This document shows positions 14,314 through 15,449 of a stretch of DNA of 15,449 nt, one piece after another. How positions within the stretch are numbered: the first letter of the stretch is position 1; each line of letters starts with the position of its first letter. Made by a program: the position numbers and the translations under genes. Source of the DNA: Abditibacteriaceae bacterium (lineage in GTDB: Bacteria > Armatimonadota > Abditibacteriia > Abditibacteriales > Abditibacteriaceae); NCBI GenBank assembly GCA_031372065.1, contig JANMKN010000408.1, positions 1-15,449 of the forward strand, read 5' to 3'. The notes under the pieces are model-generated. The model was not told where the DNA came from. It saw nothing but the letters and a program-made list of their open reading frames with translations, and made no database searches.

Positions 14314-15449
14314 ATGAACACCAAATTCCAAGTCGAAAACTTGTTAGCGAAGAATCTTCAGAAAAAAGCGGCCCGCTGCGGTTTGCTGCTTGTTGTTGCC
14401 TCGTTGTCCGCAACTTGCACATGGACAGAACCGGCCTCGGCGGCAGAGAACGGAAACCAAGCCAATACTGATGTCACCATCAATCTGCCTGCAACACCCG
14501 GAGAATCTACCGTCACTCGCACACAAAAGGACAAAGACGGAAAAGAAACCACCGATACAATCGTCCAAAGCATCCCAGAGCCTGAACCAGATGAGCCATC
14601 GTCTCCACCGGATCCAGAAAAGGCTCAAGTGAGACTAAATATTTGGGCAATTCAAATTGCGGGAAATCGGGGAAAAGACTTGACGGAACAGGTGCTTAAG
14701 GCAAATGAAGCGGTTTCAAAGGTGCAGTCTCAGATAACTGCCATTCCTTATGCTTGGGCTGACGCAGTGCGATTGCATGGGACAGATACGGATTTCAGTG
14801 GTTACAATAAATATGTCCTAAAGGGACTACATGATCTTGGTTTAGATGTCCGGACCAACCGTCAACCAACTTTAATCGAAACCGTCATTTTGACCGGTGC
14901 TGCAAATTATGAAACGCGGACGAAGATTATATTAGAATTAGAAAATCAGATGGGAGGAGTCAAATTAACAAACTTGCGGAATGTGTTTCATGTAGATTCT
15001 GACCCTAAGAATCTTGGACAGGAAGATGTTAAGAACATTCGACGCATCAAGTCAGAACATGAAACTCTTCTAAGAGTTTCAACTAACTTAAAAAGTGGCA
15101 CTGACAAAAGGAAAGCTTATTACAACGGCATCGCAGATGCCCAACTAAAAGCAGCCTTAGTAGAAGGCCTAACCAAAGATGTCAATGACATCTTTCTTAC
15201 TCCGCTTTTAACAAATTTACAAAACGGCGCGGGTATCACCTCGAAAGCCAAAGGAATCTCATTTGTTGGTGAAACGAGTTTGGTAGTATCTGATGGTAAA
15301 GAGGGCATCCAAGACACCAAATTAAGAGGATATGTTAATACTGCACTCCCGCCAACGGTCAGCATCGCAGACCTGATGGAAGGTCTAAAAGCACCAAACT
15401 TTCTTGCCAAACTCGAAAAATTAGCCCCGCAACCGACGCCAATTTTTAC
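14314..15449 (+). CDS. Large secreted protein, 3'-truncated; possibly a divergent secretin-like (type II/III secretion system) protein
   Basis: Manual translation from ATG 14314 (AAGGA RBS) is stop-free to the window end, over 370 codons. It has a signal peptide KKAARCGLLLVVASLSATCTWTEPASA-A, a Pro/acidic linker, then AQVRLNIWAIQIAG, reminiscent of the first secretin strand. The secretin call is tentative. Confidence 0.75.
   Translation, partial: MNTKFQVENLLAKNLQKKAARCGLLLVVASLSATCTWTEPASAAENGNQANTDVTINLPATPGESTVTRTQKDKDGKETTDTIVQSIPEPEPDEPSSPPDPEKAQVRLNIWAIQIAGNRGKDLTEQVLKANEAVSKVQSQITAIPYAWADAVRLHGTDTDFSGYNKYVLKGLHDLGLDVRTNRQPTLIETVILTGAANYETRTKIILELENQMGGVKLTNLRNVFHVDSDPKNLGQEDVKNIRRIKSEHETLLRVSTNLKSGTDKRKAYYNGIADAQLKAALVEGLTKDVNDIFLTPLLTNLQNGAGITSKAKGISFVGETSLVVSDGKEGIQDTKLRGYVNTALPPTVSIADLMEGLKAPNFLAKLEKLAPQPTPIF

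Overview
Bacterial chromosomal window in which every credible gene is on the + strand. The left two-thirds is mostly housekeeping: 5'-truncated mcsA, mcsB (no clpC follows), a CDGSH Fe-S protein, coaX, an orphan NarL/LuxR response regulator, a Crp/Fnr regulator, dusB, tdh, kbl, a DUF3472-like protein, a sugar-phosphate isomerase and a small membrane protein. Many intergenic gaps are filled with long palindromes. There are two unrelated 21-bp-period arrays of palindromic units, and some units are flipped while staying in register. The most unusual part is the module at about 11.2-15.4 kb. In order it has a 21-bp array, a second Crp/Fnr gene with a CooA-like 'RQS' recognition helix, and three tandem TGTCA-N6-TGACA boxes (23-bp period). 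These are followed by a 217-aa helical plus FN3-like hypothetical gene, a tyrosinase, and a degenerate second copy (~125 bp) of the 3' end of the hypothetical gene. Both copies end in a hairpin conserved through compensatory changes. The window ends in a large secreted ORF that the ORF track missed. The module looks like a regulated cargo-acquisition or cassette locus, but no recombinase or reverse transcriptase is visible. All functional interpretation comes from reading the sequence by eye, with no database searches.
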